This document shows positions 14,501 to 29,239 of a DNA stretch of 64,000 nucleotides, piece by piece (the stretch's first letter is position 1; every line of letters starts with the position of its first letter). The notes beneath the pieces are model-generated. The model worked only from the letters and a program-made list of their open reading frames with translations, made no database searches and was not told where the DNA came from. The stretch comes from the human T2T-CHM13v2.0 reference genome, Homo sapiens, in the NCBI GenBank assembly GCA_009914755.4, contig CP086569.2, forward strand, positions 10,848,001 to 10,912,000. The letters run 5' to 3'. Position numbers and translations under genes: made by a program.

Positions 14501-17355
14501 CCTACAAAAAGAAAGTTTCGAAATGCTCTCTCAAACGATAGTTTCGACTCTGTGGTATGAATACACACATCACAAAGAAGTTTCTCAGAATGCTTCTGTG
14601 TAGTTTTTAAATGAAGATATTTCTTTTTCCACCATAGGCCTCAAAGCACTCCAAATATGCACTTCCAGATTCTACAAAAAGAGTGTTTCAGAACTGCTCA
14701 ATCAAAAGGAAGGTTCCAGTCTGAGACAAATACACACATCAAAAGGTAGTTTCTCAGAATGCTTCTGTGTAGTTTTTATGTGAAGATATTTTCCTTTCCA
14801 CCATAGGCCACAAATGGCTCTAAATACCCACTTACATTTTCCACAAAAAGAGAGTTTCAAAACTGCTCTACCAAAGGTAAGTTTAACGCTGTGAGTTAAG
14901 AACATCACAAAGAAGTTTCTCAGAATGCTTCTGTGTAGTTCTTACGTAAAGATATTTCCTTTTACACAATAGGCAGAAAAGTGCTCCAAATATCCACTTG
15001 AAGATTCTACAAAAACCGTGTTTCAAAACTGCCGAATCAAAAGAAAGGTTCAACTCTGTGAGATGAATGCACACATAACAAAGGAGTTTCTCAGAATGCT
15101 TCTGTGTAGCTTTTATATGAAGACATTTAGTTTTCCACAACAGGCCTCAAAGCTCTCTCCATATCCACTTGCAGATTCTACCGAAAGAGTGCTTCCAAAC
15201 TGCTCAATCAAAAGAGACATTCAAATCTGTGAGGTGAATGCAGACATCGTAAAGAAGTTTCTCAGAATGCTTCTGTGTATTTTTTGTGTGAAGTTATTCG
15301 TTTTTGCACCATAGGCCTCCAAGCGTTCTAAATATCCACTTCTAGATTCTACAAAAAGAGAGTTTCAAAACTACTCAAACAAAAGGTTCAATTCTGTGAG
15401 TTGAAAGCAAACATCACAAAGAAGTTTCTCAGAATGCGTCTGTGTAGTTTTTATGTGAAGATATTTCCTTTTCACAATAGAATGCAAAGGGCTCCAAATA
15501 TCCACTTGGAGATTCTACAAAAAGAGTTTCAAAACCGCTCTGTCAAATGATAGGTTGAACTCCCGGAGGTGAATACACACATCACAAAGAGGTTTCTCAG
15601 CATGCTTCTGTGTAGTTTTTATGTAAACATATTTCCGTTTCTATCATAGGCCTCAAAGTGCTCCAAATATTCACTTGTACATTCTACCAAACGAGTATTT
15701 CAAAACTGCTCAATCAAATGGAAGGTTCAAAACTGTGACATGAATGCCCACATCACAAAGTAGTTTCTCAGAATGCTTCTGTGTAGTTTTTATGTGAAGA
15801 TATTTCCTTTTCCACAACAGCGTGCAAAACGCTTCAAATATGCCCTTAGAGATTCCACAAAAAGAGTGTTTCCAAACTACTCAAATCAAAAAATGATTTC
15901 AACTCTGTGAGATGAATGCACACATCACAAACTAGTTTCTCAGAATGTTTCTGCCTGGTTCTCATGCGAAGATAGTTCCTTTTTCACCATAGGCCGCAAT
16001 GTACTCCAAATATCCACCTGCAGATTCTACAAAAGTGAGTTTCAAAACTGCTCTATCAAAAGATCAGTTCGTCTCTGTGAGTTGAATGCATACATCAAAA
16101 AGAAGCTTCTCAAAATGCTTCTGTGTGGTTTTTCGGTGAAGATAGTTCTTTTTCTACCATAGGTCTCAAACCACTCCAAATATCCACTTGTAGATTCTAT
16201 AAAAAGGAATGTTCAAAATTGCTCAATAAAAATAAAGTTTCAACACCGTGAGATGAGTGCACAAATCACAAAGAAGTTTCTCAAAATGCTTCTGGGTAGT
16301 TTTTCTGTGAAGATAGTTCCTTTTCTACCATGGGCCACAAAGGGCTCCAAATACCCACTTGCAGATTCTACAAAAAGAGAGTTTCACAACTGCTCTATCA
16401 AACAATATGTTCAACTTTGTGGGTTGAACACAAATATCACAAGAATTTTCTCCCAATGCTTCTGTGTAGTTTTTATGTGAAGACATTTCTTTTCCCTCCA
16501 TAGTCCACAAAGTGCTCCAAATATCCACTTACATATTCTAGAAAAAGATTGCTTGGAAACTGCACAATGAAAAGAAAGGTTCAAATATATGAGATGAATG
16601 CACACATCACAAAGAAGTTTCTCAGAATCTCTCTGTGTAATTTTTATGTGAAGATATTTCCTTTCCCACCTTAGGTCTTAAAACGCTCCAAATATCCACT
16701 TGCAGATACTACAAGAAGATTGTTTCAAAACTGCACAAAAAAAGAAATGTTCAATTCTGTTTGATGAATGCACACATCACAAAGAAGTTTCTCAGAATGC
16801 TTCTCTGTAGTTTTTATGTGAAGATATTTCCTTTTCCACAATAGGCCTCAAAGGGCTCCAAATATCCACTTCCAGATTCTATGAAAAGAATATTTCCAAA
16901 CTGCTCAATCATAGGAAATGTTCAACTCTGTGAGATGAATGCACACATCACAAGAAATTTCTCAGAATCCTTCAGTGTAGGTTTTATGAGAAGATAATTC
17001 CTTTTCCACAATAGTTCTCAAAGCACTCAAAATATCCACTTGCAGATTCTACAAAAGGAGTATTTCAAAACTGCTCAATCAAAAGAAAGGTTCAACTCTG
17101 TGAGATGAATGGACACATCACAAAGAAGTTTCTCAGAATGCTTCTGTGTAGTATTTTTGTGAAGATATTTCTTTTCCACCATAGACCGCCAGGGGACACA
17201 AATATCCACTTTCAGATTCTACAACAAGAGAGGTTCAAAACTACTCGATCAAGAGATGGTTTCAACTATGTGAGTTGAATGCACACATCACAAAGAACTA
17301 TGTCGGAATTCTTCTGTGTAGTTTTTATGTGAAGATATTTCCTTTTCCACAATAG
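11571..17355. repeat. Alpha-satellite HOR copy 3 (5785 bp).
   Basis: Exact 5785-bp periodicity. It shares the copy-2 variant bases (ORF peptides MSFCRICKW...KRKCLPV and RALLKLS). Confidence 0.95.
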
Positions 17356-20300
17356 ACGTCAAAGTGATCCAGATATCCACTTGCAGATTCCACAAAAAGA
17401 GTGTTTCAAAAGTGCACAACCAAAAGAAAGGTTCAACTAGGTGAGATGAATGCACACATCAGAAGGAAGTTTCTCAGAATGCTTCTGCATAGCTTTTAAG
17501 GGAAGATACTTCCTTTTCCAACATAGGCCTCAAAGCACTCCAAATATCCTCCTGGAGATACCACAAAAAGAGTGTTTGCAAACTGCTCAATCAAAAGAAA
17601 GATTTAACTCTGTGAGATGAATCCACACATGACAAAGAAGTTTCTCAGAATGCTTCTGTGTAGTTTTTATGTGAAGATATTTCCTTTTCCACAATAAGAC
17701 CCAAAAGGCTCCAAATATTCACTTGCAGATTCTAAAAAAAACAGTGTTTCAAAACTGCTCAATCAAAAGATAGTTCAACTCTGTGAGAAGAATGCTCACA
17801 TCACTGAGAAGTTTCTCAGAATGCTTCTGTGTAGTTTTTATATGAAGATATTTCCTTTCCCACCGTAGGCCACAAAAGGCTCCAAATATCCACTTGCAGA
17901 TACTATGAAAAGAGAGTTTCAAAACTGCTCATTCAAAAGATAGGTTCAACTCTGTGGTTTGAATGCACACAGCACAAAGAAGTTTCACAGAATGTGTCTG
18001 TGTAGTTTTTATGTGCGGATGTTTCCTTTTCCACCATATGCCTAAATATTTCCCAATTTCCACTTGCAGATTCCACAAGAAGAGTGTTTCAAAACTGCTG
18101 TATCAAATAAAGTTGAACTCTGTGAGGTGAATGCACACAGCACAAAATGGTTTCTCAGAATGCTTCCTTGTTGTTTTTATATGAAGATGTTTCCTTTTCA
18201 ACAATAGGCCTCAAAGTGCTTCAAATGTCCACTTGCAGATTCTACAAAAAGAGTGTTTCAAAACTGCTCAATCAAAAGAAAGGTTCGACTCTGGGAAATT
18301 AATGCACACATCACAAAGAAGTTTCTCAGCTTCTGTGTAGTTTTCATGTGAAGTTATTTCCTTTTCCACAATAGGCCGCAAAGGGCTCCAAATATCAACT
18401 TACAGATTCTAGGAAAAGAGAGTTTCAAAACTGCTCTACGAAAAGATAGGTTGAACTCTGTGAGATGAATGCACACATCACAAAGAAGTTTCTCAGAATG
18501 CATCTGTGTAGTTTTTACGGGAAGACATTTCCTTTTCCACCATCTTCCACAAAGGTCTCCAAGTAACCACTTGCAGATTCTACAGAAAGACACTTTAAAA
18601 ACTGCTCTATCAAAAGATCAGTTCAAGTCTGTGGTTTGAATGCACACATCACAAAGAATTTTCTCAGAATGCTTCTGTGTAGTTTTCATATGAAGATATT
18701 TCCTTTTCCACCATAGGCCTCAAAGCACTCCAAATATCCACTTGCAGATTCTACAAAAAGAGATTTTCAAAACTAGTCAATCAAAAGAAAGGTTCAACTC
18801 TGTCAGTTGAATGCACATATCACAAACAAGTTTCTCGGAATGCGTCTGTGTAGTTTTTATGTGAAGATATTTCCTTCTCCACAACAGGCCTCAAAGTGCT
18901 CCGAATATCCACTTGCAGATTTTACTAAAGAGTGTTTCCAAACTGCTCAATCAAGAGGAAGTTTCAAGTCTGTGAGCTGAACGCACACATCACAAAGTAG
19001 TTTCTGAGAAGGCTTCTGTGTAGTTTTTATGTGAAGATGTTTCCTTTTCCACCATAGGCTGCAAAGGGCTCCAAATATCCACTTGCAGATTCTACAAAAA
19101 GAGAGTCTCAAAAGTGCTCTATCAAAAGATAGGTTCAACTATGTGATATGAATGCACACATCACAAAGTAGTTTCTCAGAATGCTTCTGTGTAGTTTTTA
19201 TGTAAAGATATTTCCTTTTCCACCATAGGCCTCAAAGCACTCCAAATATCCACTTGCAGATTCTACAAAAAGAGATGTTCAAAACTATTTAATCAAAAGA
19301 AAGGTTCAAATCTGTCAGTTGAAGGTACATATCACAAACAAGTTTATTGGAATGCTTCTGTGTAGTTTTTATGTGAAGATATTTCCTTTTCCACAACAGG
19401 CCTCAAGGTGCTCCAAATATCCACTTGCAGATTTCACTAAAAGTGTGTTTCCAAGCTGCTCAATCAAGAGGAAGTTTCAAGTCTGTGAGGTGAATGCACA
19501 CATTACAAAGAAGTTACTGAGAATGCTTCTGTGTAGTTTTTATGTGAAGATATTTCCTTTTCCACCGCAGGCCTCAAAGCGCTGCAAATATCCACTTGCA
19601 GATTCTACAAAAAGAGAGTTTCAAAACTGCTGTATCAAAAGATAGGGTCAACTCTGCGAGTTGAATAAACACATCACAAATAAGTTTCTGGGAACGCTTC
19701 TGTATAGTTTTATGTGAATATATTTCCTTTTCCACCATATGCCTCAAAGCACTCCAAATATCCACTTGCACATTATAGAAACATAGTCTTTCAAAACTTG
19801 TCAATCAAAGAAAGGTTCAACTCCGTGAGATGAGTGCACACATCACAGAGAAGTTTCTCGGAATGTTTCTGTGTAGTTTTTATGTGAAGATATTGCCTTT
19901 TCCACAATAGGCCTCAAAGCGTTCCAAATATCCAATTGCAGATTCCACAAAAAAAGTTTTTTAAAACTGCTCAATCAAATGATAGATTAAACTCTGTGAG
20001 ATTAGTGCACACATGTCAAAAAAGTTTCTCAGAATGCTTCTGTGTACTTTTTAGGGGAAGATATTTCCTTTTCCACCATCGGCCACAAAGGACTCCAAAT
20101 AACCACATGCAGATTCTAGTAACACAGAGTTTCAAAACTGCTCTATCAAAAGATAAGTTCAACTCTGAGAGTTTAGTGCAACCATCGTGAAGAAGTTTCT
20201 CAGAATGCTTCTGAGTAGTGTTTATGTGAAGATATTTCCTTTTCCACCATAGACCTGAAAGCCCTCCAAATATCCACTTGCAGATCCTACAAAAAGAAAG

Positions 20301-23140
20301 TTTCGAAATGCTCTCTCAAACGATAGTTTCGACTCTGTGGTATGAATACACACATCACAAAGAAGTTTCTCAGAATGCTTCTGTGTAGTTTTTAAATGAA
20401 GATATTTCTTTTTCCACCATAGGCCTCAAAGCACTCCAAATATGCACTTCCAGATTCTACAAAAAGAGTGTTTCAGAACTGCTCAATCAAAAGGAAGGTT
20501 CCAGTCTGAGACAAATACACACATCAAAAGGTAGTTTCTCAGAATGCTTCTGTGTAGTTTTTATGTGAAGATATTTTCCTTTCCACCATAGGCCACAAAT
20601 GGCTCTAAATACCCACTTACATTTTCCACAAAAAGAGAGTTTCAAAACTGCTCTACCAAAGGTAAGTTTAACGCTGTGAGTTAAGAACATCACAAAGAAG
20701 TTTCTCAGAATGCTTCTGTGTAGTTCTTACGTAAAGATATTTCCTTTTACACAATAGGCAGAAAAGTGCTCCAAATATCCACTTGAAGATTCTACAAAAA
20801 CCGTGTTTCAAAACTGCCGAATCAAAAGAAAGGTTCAACTCTGTGAGATGAATGCACACATAACAAAGGAGTTTCTCAGAATGCTTCTGTGTAGCTTTTA
20901 TATGAAGACATTTAGTTTTCCACAACAGGCCTCAAAGCTCTCTCCATATCCACTTGCAGATTCTACCGAAAGAGTGCTTCCAAACTGCTCAATCAAAAGA
21001 GACATTCAAATCTGTGAGGTGAATGCAGACATCGTAAAGAAGTTTCTCAGAATGCTTCTGTGTATTTTTTGTGTGAAGTTATTCGTTTTTGCACCATAGG
21101 CCTCCAAGCGTTCTAAATATCCACTTCTAGATTCTACAAAAAGAGAGTTTCAAAACTACTCAAACAAAAGGTTCAATTCTGTGAGTTGAAAGCAAACATC
21201 ACAAAGAAGTTTCTCAGAATGCGTCTGTGTAGTTTTGATGTGAAGATATTTCCTTTTCACAGTAGAATGCAAAGGGCTCCAAATATCCACTTGGAGATTC
21301 TACAAAAAGAGTTTCAAAACCGCTCTGTCAAATGATAGGTTGAACTCCCGGAGGTGAATACACACATCACAAAGAGGTTTCTCAGCATGCTTCTGTGTAG
21401 TTTTTATGTAAACATATTTCCGTTTCTATCATAGGCCTCAAAGTGCTCCAAATATTCACTTGTACATTCTACCAAACGAGTATTTCAAAACTGCTCAATC
21501 AAATGGAAGGTTCAAAACCGTGACATGAATGCCCACATCACAAAGTAGTTTCTCAGAATGCTTCTGTGTAGTTTTTATGTGAAGATATTTCCTTTTCCAC
21601 AACAGCGTGCAAAACGCTTCAAATATGCCCTTAGAGATTCCACAAAAAGAGTGTTTCCAAACTACTCAAATCAAAAAATGATTTCAACTCTGTGAGATGA
21701 ATGCACACATCACAAACTAGTTTCTCAGAATGTTTCTGCCTGGTTCTCATGCGAAGATAGTTCCTTTTTCACCATAGGCCGCAATGTACTCCAAATATCC
21801 ACCTGCAGATTCTACAAAAGTGAGTTTCAAAACTGCTCTATCAAAAGATCAGTTCGTCTCTGTGAGTTGAATGCATACATCAAAAAGAAGCTTCTCAAAA
21901 TGCTTCTGTGTGGTTTTTCGGTGAAGATAGTTCTTTTTCTACCATAGGTCTCAAACCACTCCAAATATCCACTTGTAGATTCTATAAAAAGGAATGTTCA
22001 AAATTGCTCAATAAAAATAAAGTTTCAACACCGTGAGATGAGTGCACAAATCACAAAGAAGTTTCTCAAAATGCTTCTGGGTAGTTTTTCTGTGAAGATA
22101 GTTCCTTTTCTACCATGGGCCACAAAGGGCTCCAAATACCCACTTGCAGATTCTACAAAAAGAGAGTTTCACAACTGCTCTATCAAACAATATGTTCAAC
22201 TTTGTGGGTTGAACACAAATATCACAAGAATTTTCTCCCAATGCTTCTGTGTAGTTTTTATGTGAAGACATTTCTTTTCCCTCCATAGTCCACAAAGTGC
22301 TCCAAATATCCACTTACATATTCTAGAAAAAGATTGCTTGGAAACTGCACAATGAAAAGAAAGGTTCAAATATATGAGATGAATGCACACATCACAAAGA
22401 AGTTTCTCAGAATCTCTCTGTGTAATTTTTATGTGAAGATATTTCCTTTCCCACCTTAGGTCTTAAAACGCTCCAAATATCCACTTGCAGATACTACAAG
22501 AAGATTGTTTCAAAACTGCACAAAAAAAGAAATGTTCAATTCTGTTTGATGAATGCACACATCACAAAGAAGTTTCTCAGAATGCTTCTCTGTAGTTTTT
22601 ATGTGAAGATATTTCCTTTTCCACAATAGGCCTCAAAGGGCTCCAAATATCCACTTCCAGATTCTATGAAAAGAATATTTCCAAACTGCTCAATCATAGG
22701 AAATGTTCAACTCTGTGAGATGAATGCACACATCACAAGAAATTTCTCAGAATCCTTCAGTGTAGGTTTTATGAGAAGATAATTCCTTTTCCACAATAGT
22801 TCTCAAAGCACTCAAAATATCCACTTGCAGATTCTACAAAAGGAGTATTTCAAAACTGCTCAATCAAAAGAAAGGTTCAACTCTGTGAGATGAATGGACA
22901 CATCACAAAGAAGTTTCTCAGAATGCTTCTGTGTAGTATTTTTGTGAAGATATTTCTTTTCCACCATAGACCGCCAGGGGACACAAATATCCACTTTCAG
23001 ATTCTACAACAAGAGAGGTTCAAAACTACTCGATCAAGAGATGGTTTCAACTATGTGAGTTGAATGCACACATCACAAAGAACTATGTCGGAATTCTTCT
23101 GTGTAGTTTTTATGTGAAGATATTTCCTTTTCCACAATAG
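17356..23140. repeat. Alpha-satellite HOR copy 4 (5785 bp).
   Basis: Exact 5785-bp periodicity. It has a mixed variant pattern: RALLRLS like copies 1 and 5, but KRKCLPV like copies 2 and 3. Confidence 0.95.
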
Positions 23141-26100
23141 ACGTCAAAGTGATCCAGATATCCACTTGCAGATTCCACAAAAAGAGTGTTTCAAAAGTGC
23201 ACAACCAAAAGAAAGGTTCAACTAGGTGAGATGAATGCACACATCAGAAGGAAGTTTCTCAGAATGCTTCTGCATAGCTTTTAAGGGAAGATACTTCCTT
23301 TTCCAACATAGGCCTCAAAGCACTCCAAATATCCTCCTGGAGATACCACAAAAAGAGTGTTTGCAAACTGCTCAATCAAAAGAAAGATTTAACTCTGTGA
23401 GATGAATCCACACATGACAAAGAAGTTTCTCAGAATGCTTCTGTGTAGTTTTTATGTGAAGATATTTCCTTTTCCACAATAAGACCCAAAAGGCTCCAAA
23501 TATTCACTTGCAGATTCTAAAAAAAACAGTGTTTCAAAACTGCTCAATCAAAAGATAGTTCAACTCTGTGAGAAGAATGCTCACATCACTGAGAAGTTTC
23601 TCAGAATGCTTCTGTGTAGTTTTTATATGAAGATATTTCCTTTCCCACCGTAGGCCACAAAAGGCTCCAAATATCCACTTGCAGATACTATGAAAAGAGA
23701 GTTTCAAAACTGCTCATTCAAAAGATAGGTTCAACTCTGTGGTTTGAATGCACACAGCACAAAGAAGTTTCACAGAATGTGTCTGTGTAGTTTTTATGTG
23801 CGGATGTTTCCTTTTCCACCATATGCCTAAATATTTCCCAATTTCCACTTGCAGATTCCACAAGAAGAGTGTTTCAAAACTGCTGTATCAAATAAAGTTG
23901 AACTCTGTGAGGTGAATGCACACAGCACAAAATGGTTTCTCAGAATGCTTCCTTGTTGTTTTTATATGAAGATGTTTCCTTTTCAACAATAGGCCTCAAA
24001 GTGCTTCAAATGTCCACTTGCAGATTCTACAAAAAGAGTGTTTCAAAACTGCTCAATCAAAAGAAAGGTTCGACTCTGGGAAATTAATGCACACATCACA
24101 AAGAAGTTTCTCAGCTTCTGTGTAGTTTTCATGTGAAGTTATTTCCTTTTCCACAATAGGCCGCAAAGGGCTCCAAATATCAACTTACAGATTCTAGGAA
24201 AAGAGAGTTTCAAAACTGCTCTACGAAAAGATAGGTTGAACTCTGTGAGATGAATGCACACATCACAAAGAAGTTTCTCAGAATGCATCTGTGTAGTTTT
24301 TACGGGAAGATATTTCCTTTTCCACCATCTTCCACAAAGGTCTCCAAGTAACCACTTGCAGACTCTACAGAAAGACACTTTAAAAACTGCTCTATCAAAA
24401 GATCAGTTCAAGTCTGTGGTTTGAATGCACACATCACAAAGAATTTTCTCAGAATGCTTCTGTGTAGTTTTCATATGAAGATATTTCCTTTTCCACCATA
24501 GGCCTCAAAGCACTCCAAATATCCACTTGCAGATTCTACAAAAAGAGATTTTCAAAACTAGTCAATCAAAAGAAAGGTTCAACTCTGTCAGTTGAATGCA
24601 CATATCACAAACAAGTTTCTCGGAATGCGTCTGTGTAGTTTTTATGTGAAGATATTTCCTTCTCCACAACAGGCCTCAAAGTGCTCCGAATATCCACTTG
24701 CAGATTTTACTAAAGAGTGTTTCCAAACTGCTCAATCAAGAGGAAGTTTCAAGTCTGTGAGCTGAACGCACACATCACAAAGTAGTTTCTGAGAATGCTT
24801 CTGTGTAGTTTTTATGTGAAGATGTTTCCTTTTCCACCATAGGCTGCAAAGGGCTCCAAATATCCACTTGCAGATTCTACAAAAAGAGAGTCTCAAAAGT
24901 GCTCTATCAAAAGATAGGTTCAACTATGTGATATGAATGCACACATCACAAAGTAGTTTCTCAGAATGCTTCTGTGTAGTTTTTATGTAAAGATATTTCC
25001 TTTTCCACCATAGGCCTCAAAGCACTCCAAATATCCACTTGCAGATTCTACAAAAAGAGATTTTCAAAACTATTTAATCAAAAGAAAGGTTCAAATCTGT
25101 CAGTTGAAGGTACATATCACAAACAAGTTTATTGGAATGCTTCTGTGTAGTTTTTATGTGAAGATATTTCCTTTTCCACAACAGGCCTCAAGGTGCTCCA
25201 AATATCCACTTGCAGATTTCACTAAAAGTGTGTTTCCAAGCTGCTCAATCAAGAGGAAGTTTCAAGTCTGTGAGGTGAATGCACACATTACAAAGAAGTT
25301 ACTGAGAATGCTTCTGTGTAGTTTTTATGTGAAGATATTTCCTTTTCCACCGCAGGCCTCAAAGCGCTGCAAATATCCACTTGCAGATTCTACAAAAAGA
25401 GAGTTTCAAAACTGCTGTATCAAAAGATAGGGTCAACTCTGCGAGTTGAATAAACACATCACAAATAAGTTTCTGGGAACGCTTCTGTATAGTTTTATGT
25501 GAATATATTTCCTTTTCCACCATATGCCTCAAAGCACTCCAAATATCCACTTGCACATTATAGAAACATAGTCTTTCAAAACTTGTCAATCAAAGAAAGG
25601 TTCAACTCCGTGAGATGAGTGCACACATCACAGAGAAGTTTCTCGGAATGTTTCTGTGTAGTTTTTATGTGAAGATATTGCCTTTTCCACAATAGGCCTC
25701 AAAGCGTTCCAAATATCCAATTGCAGATTCCACAAAAAAAGTTTTTTAAAACTGCTCAATCAAATGATAGATTAAACTCTGTGAGATTAGTGCACACATG
25801 TCAAAAAAGTTTCTCAGAATGCTTCTGTGTACTTTTTAGGGGAAGATATTTCCTTTTCCACCATCGGCCACAAAGGACTCCAAATAACCACATGCAGATT
25901 CTAGTAACACAGAGTTTCAAAACTGCTCTATCAAAAGATAAGTTCAACTCTGAGAGTTTAGTGCAACCATCGTGAAGAAGTTTCTCAGAATGCTTCTGAG
26001 TAGTGTTTATGTGAAGATATTTCCTTTTCCACCATAGGCCTGAAAGCCCTCCAAATATCCACTTGCAGATCCTACAAAAAGAAAGTTTCGAAATGCTCTC

Positions 26101-28925
26101 TCAAACGATAGTTTCGACTCTGTGGTATGAATACACACATCACAAAGAAGTTTCTCAGAATGCTTCTGTGTAGTTTTTAAATGAAGATATTTCTTTTTCC
26201 ACCATAGGCCTCAAAGCACTCCAAATATGCACTTCCAGATTCTACAAAAAGAGTGTTTCAGAACTGCTCAATCAAAAGGAAGGTTCCAGTCTGAGACAAA
26301 TACACACATCAAAAGGTAGTTTCTCAGAATGCTTCTGTGTAGTTTTTATGTGAAGATATTTTCCTTTCCACCATAGGCCACAAATGGCTCTAAATACCCA
26401 CTTACATTTTCCACAAAAAGAGAGTTTCAAAACTGCTCTACCAAAGGTAAGTTTAACGCTGTGAGTTAAGAACATCACAAAGAAGTTTCTCAGAATGCTT
26501 CTGTGTAGTTCTTACGTAAAGATATTTCCTTTTACACAATAGGCAGAAAAGTGCTCCAAATATCCACTTGAAGATTCTACAAAAACCGTGTTTCAAAACT
26601 GCCGAATCAAAAGAAAGGTTCAACTCTGTGAGATGAATGCACACATAACAAAGGAGTTTCTCAGAATGCTTCTGTGTAGCTTTTATATGAAGACATTTAG
26701 TTTTCCACAACAGGCCTCAAAGCTCTCTCCATATCCACTTGCAGATTCTACCGAAAGAGTGCTTCCAAACTGCTCAATCAAAAGAGACATTCAAATCTGT
26801 GAGGTGAATGCAGACATCGTAAAGAAGTTTCTCAGAATGCTTCTGTGTATTTTTTGTGTGAAGTTATTCGTTTTTGCACCATAGGCCTCCAAGCGTTCTA
26901 AATATCCACTTCTAGATTCTACAAAAAGAGAGTTTCAAAACTACTCAAACAAAAGGTTCAATTCTGTGAGTTGAAAGCAAACATCACAAAGAAGTTTCTC
27001 AGAATGCGTCTGTGTAGTTTTGATGTGAAGATATTTCCTTTTCACAGTAGAATGCAAAGGGCTCCAAATATCCACTTGGAGATTCTACAAAAAGAGTTTC
27101 AAAACCGCTCTGTCAAATGATAGGTTGAACTCCCGGAGGTGAATACACACATCACAAAGAGGTTTCTCAGCATGCTTCTGTGTAGTTTTTATGTAAACAT
27201 ATTTCCGTTTCTATCATAGGCCTCAAAGTGCTCCAAATATTCACTTGTACATTCTACCAAACGAGTATTTCAAAACTGCTCAATCAAATGGAAGGTTCAA
27301 AACTGTGACATGAATGCCCACATCACAAAGTAGTTTCTCAGAATGCTTCTGTGTAGTTTTTATGTGAAGATATTTCCTTTTCCACAACAGCGTGCAAAAC
27401 GCTTCAAATATGCCCTTAGAGATTCCACAAAAAGAGTGTTTCCAAACTACTCAAATCAAAAAATGATTTCAACTCTGTGAGATGAATGCACACATCACAA
27501 ACTAGTTTCTCAGAATGTTTCTGCCTGGTTCTCATGCGAAGATAGTTCCTTTTTCACCATAGACCGCAATGTACTCCAAATATCCACCTGCAGATTCTAC
27601 AAAAGTGAGTTTCAAAACTGCTCTATCAAAAGATCAGTTCGTCTCTGTGAGTTGAATGCATACATCAAAAAGAAGCTTCTCAAAATGCTTCTGTGTGGTT
27701 TTTCGGTGAAGATAGTTCTTTTTCTACCATAGGTCTCAAACCACTCCAAATATCCACTTGTAGATTCTATAAAAAGGAATGTTCAAAATTGCTCAATAAA
27801 AATAAAGTTTCAACACCGTGAGATGAGTGCACAAATCACAAAGAAGTTTCTCAAAATGCTTCTGGGTAGTTTTTCTGTGAAGATAGTTCCTTTTCTACCA
27901 TGGGCCACAAAGGGCTCCAAATACCCACTTGCAGATTCTACAAAAAGAGAGTTTCACAACTGCTCTATCAAACAATATGTTCAACTTTGTGGGTTGAACA
28001 CAAATATCACAAGAATTTTCTCCCAATGCTTCTGTGTAGTTTTTATGTGAAGACATTTCTTTTCCCTCCATAGTCCACAAAGTGCTCCAAATATCCACTT
28101 ACATATTCTAGAAAAAGATTGCTTGGAAACTGCACAATGAAAAGAAAGGTTCAAATATATGAGATGAATGCACACATCACAAAGAAGTTTCTCAGAATCT
28201 CTCTGTGTAATTTTTATGTGAAGATATTTCCTTTCCCACCTTAGGTCTTAAAACGCTCCAAATATCCACTTGCAGATACTACAAGAAGATTGCTTCAAAA
28301 CTGCACAAAAAAAGAAATGTTCAATTCTGTTTGATGAATGCACACATCACAAAGAAGTTTCTCAGAATGCTTCTCTGTAGTTTTTATGTGAAGATATTTC
28401 CTTTTCCACAATAGGCCTCAAAGGGCTCCAAATATCCACTTCCAGATTCTATGAAAAGAATATTTCCAAACTGCTCAATCATAGGAAATGTTCAACTCTG
28501 TGAGATGAATGCACACATCACAAGAAATTTCTCAGAATCCTTCAGTGTAGGTTTTATGAGAAGATAATTCCTTTTCCACAATAGTTCTCAAAGCACTCAA
28601 AATATCCACTTGCAGATTCTACAAAAGGAGTATTTCAAAACTGCTCAATCAAAAGAAAGGTTCAACTCTGTGAGATGAATGGACACATCACAAAGAAGTT
28701 TCTCAGAATGCTTCTGTGTAGTATTTTTGTGAAGATATTTCTTTTCCACCATAGACCGCCAGGGGACACAAATATCCACTTTCAGATTCTACAACAAGAG
28801 AGGTTCAAAACTACTCGATCAAGAGATGGTTTCAACTATGTGAGTTGAATGCACACATCACAAAGAACTATGTCGGAATTCTTCTGTGTAGTTTTTATGT
28901 GAAGATATTTCCTTTTCCACAATAG
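23141..28925. repeat. Alpha-satellite HOR copy 5 (5785 bp).
   Basis: Exact 5785-bp periodicity. Variant bases match copy 1 (MSFCRVCKW...KRKYLPV; gagagtctcaaaagtgctc). Confidence 0.95.
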
Positions 28926-29239
28926 ACGTCAAAGTGATCCAGATATCCACTTGCAGATTCCACAAAAAGAGTGTTTCAAAAGTGCACAACCAAAAGAAAG
29001 GTTCAACTAGGTGAGATGAATGCACACATCAGAAGGAAGTTTCTCAGAATGCTTCTGCATAGCTTTTAAGGGAAGATACTTCCTTTTCCAACATAGGCCT
29101 CAAAGCACTCCAAATATCCTCCTGGAGATCCCACAAAAAGAGTGTTTGCAAACTGCTCAATCAAAAGAAAGATTTAACTCTGTGAGATGAATCCACACAT
29201 CACAAAGAAGTTTCTCAGAATGCTTCTGTGTAGTTTTTA

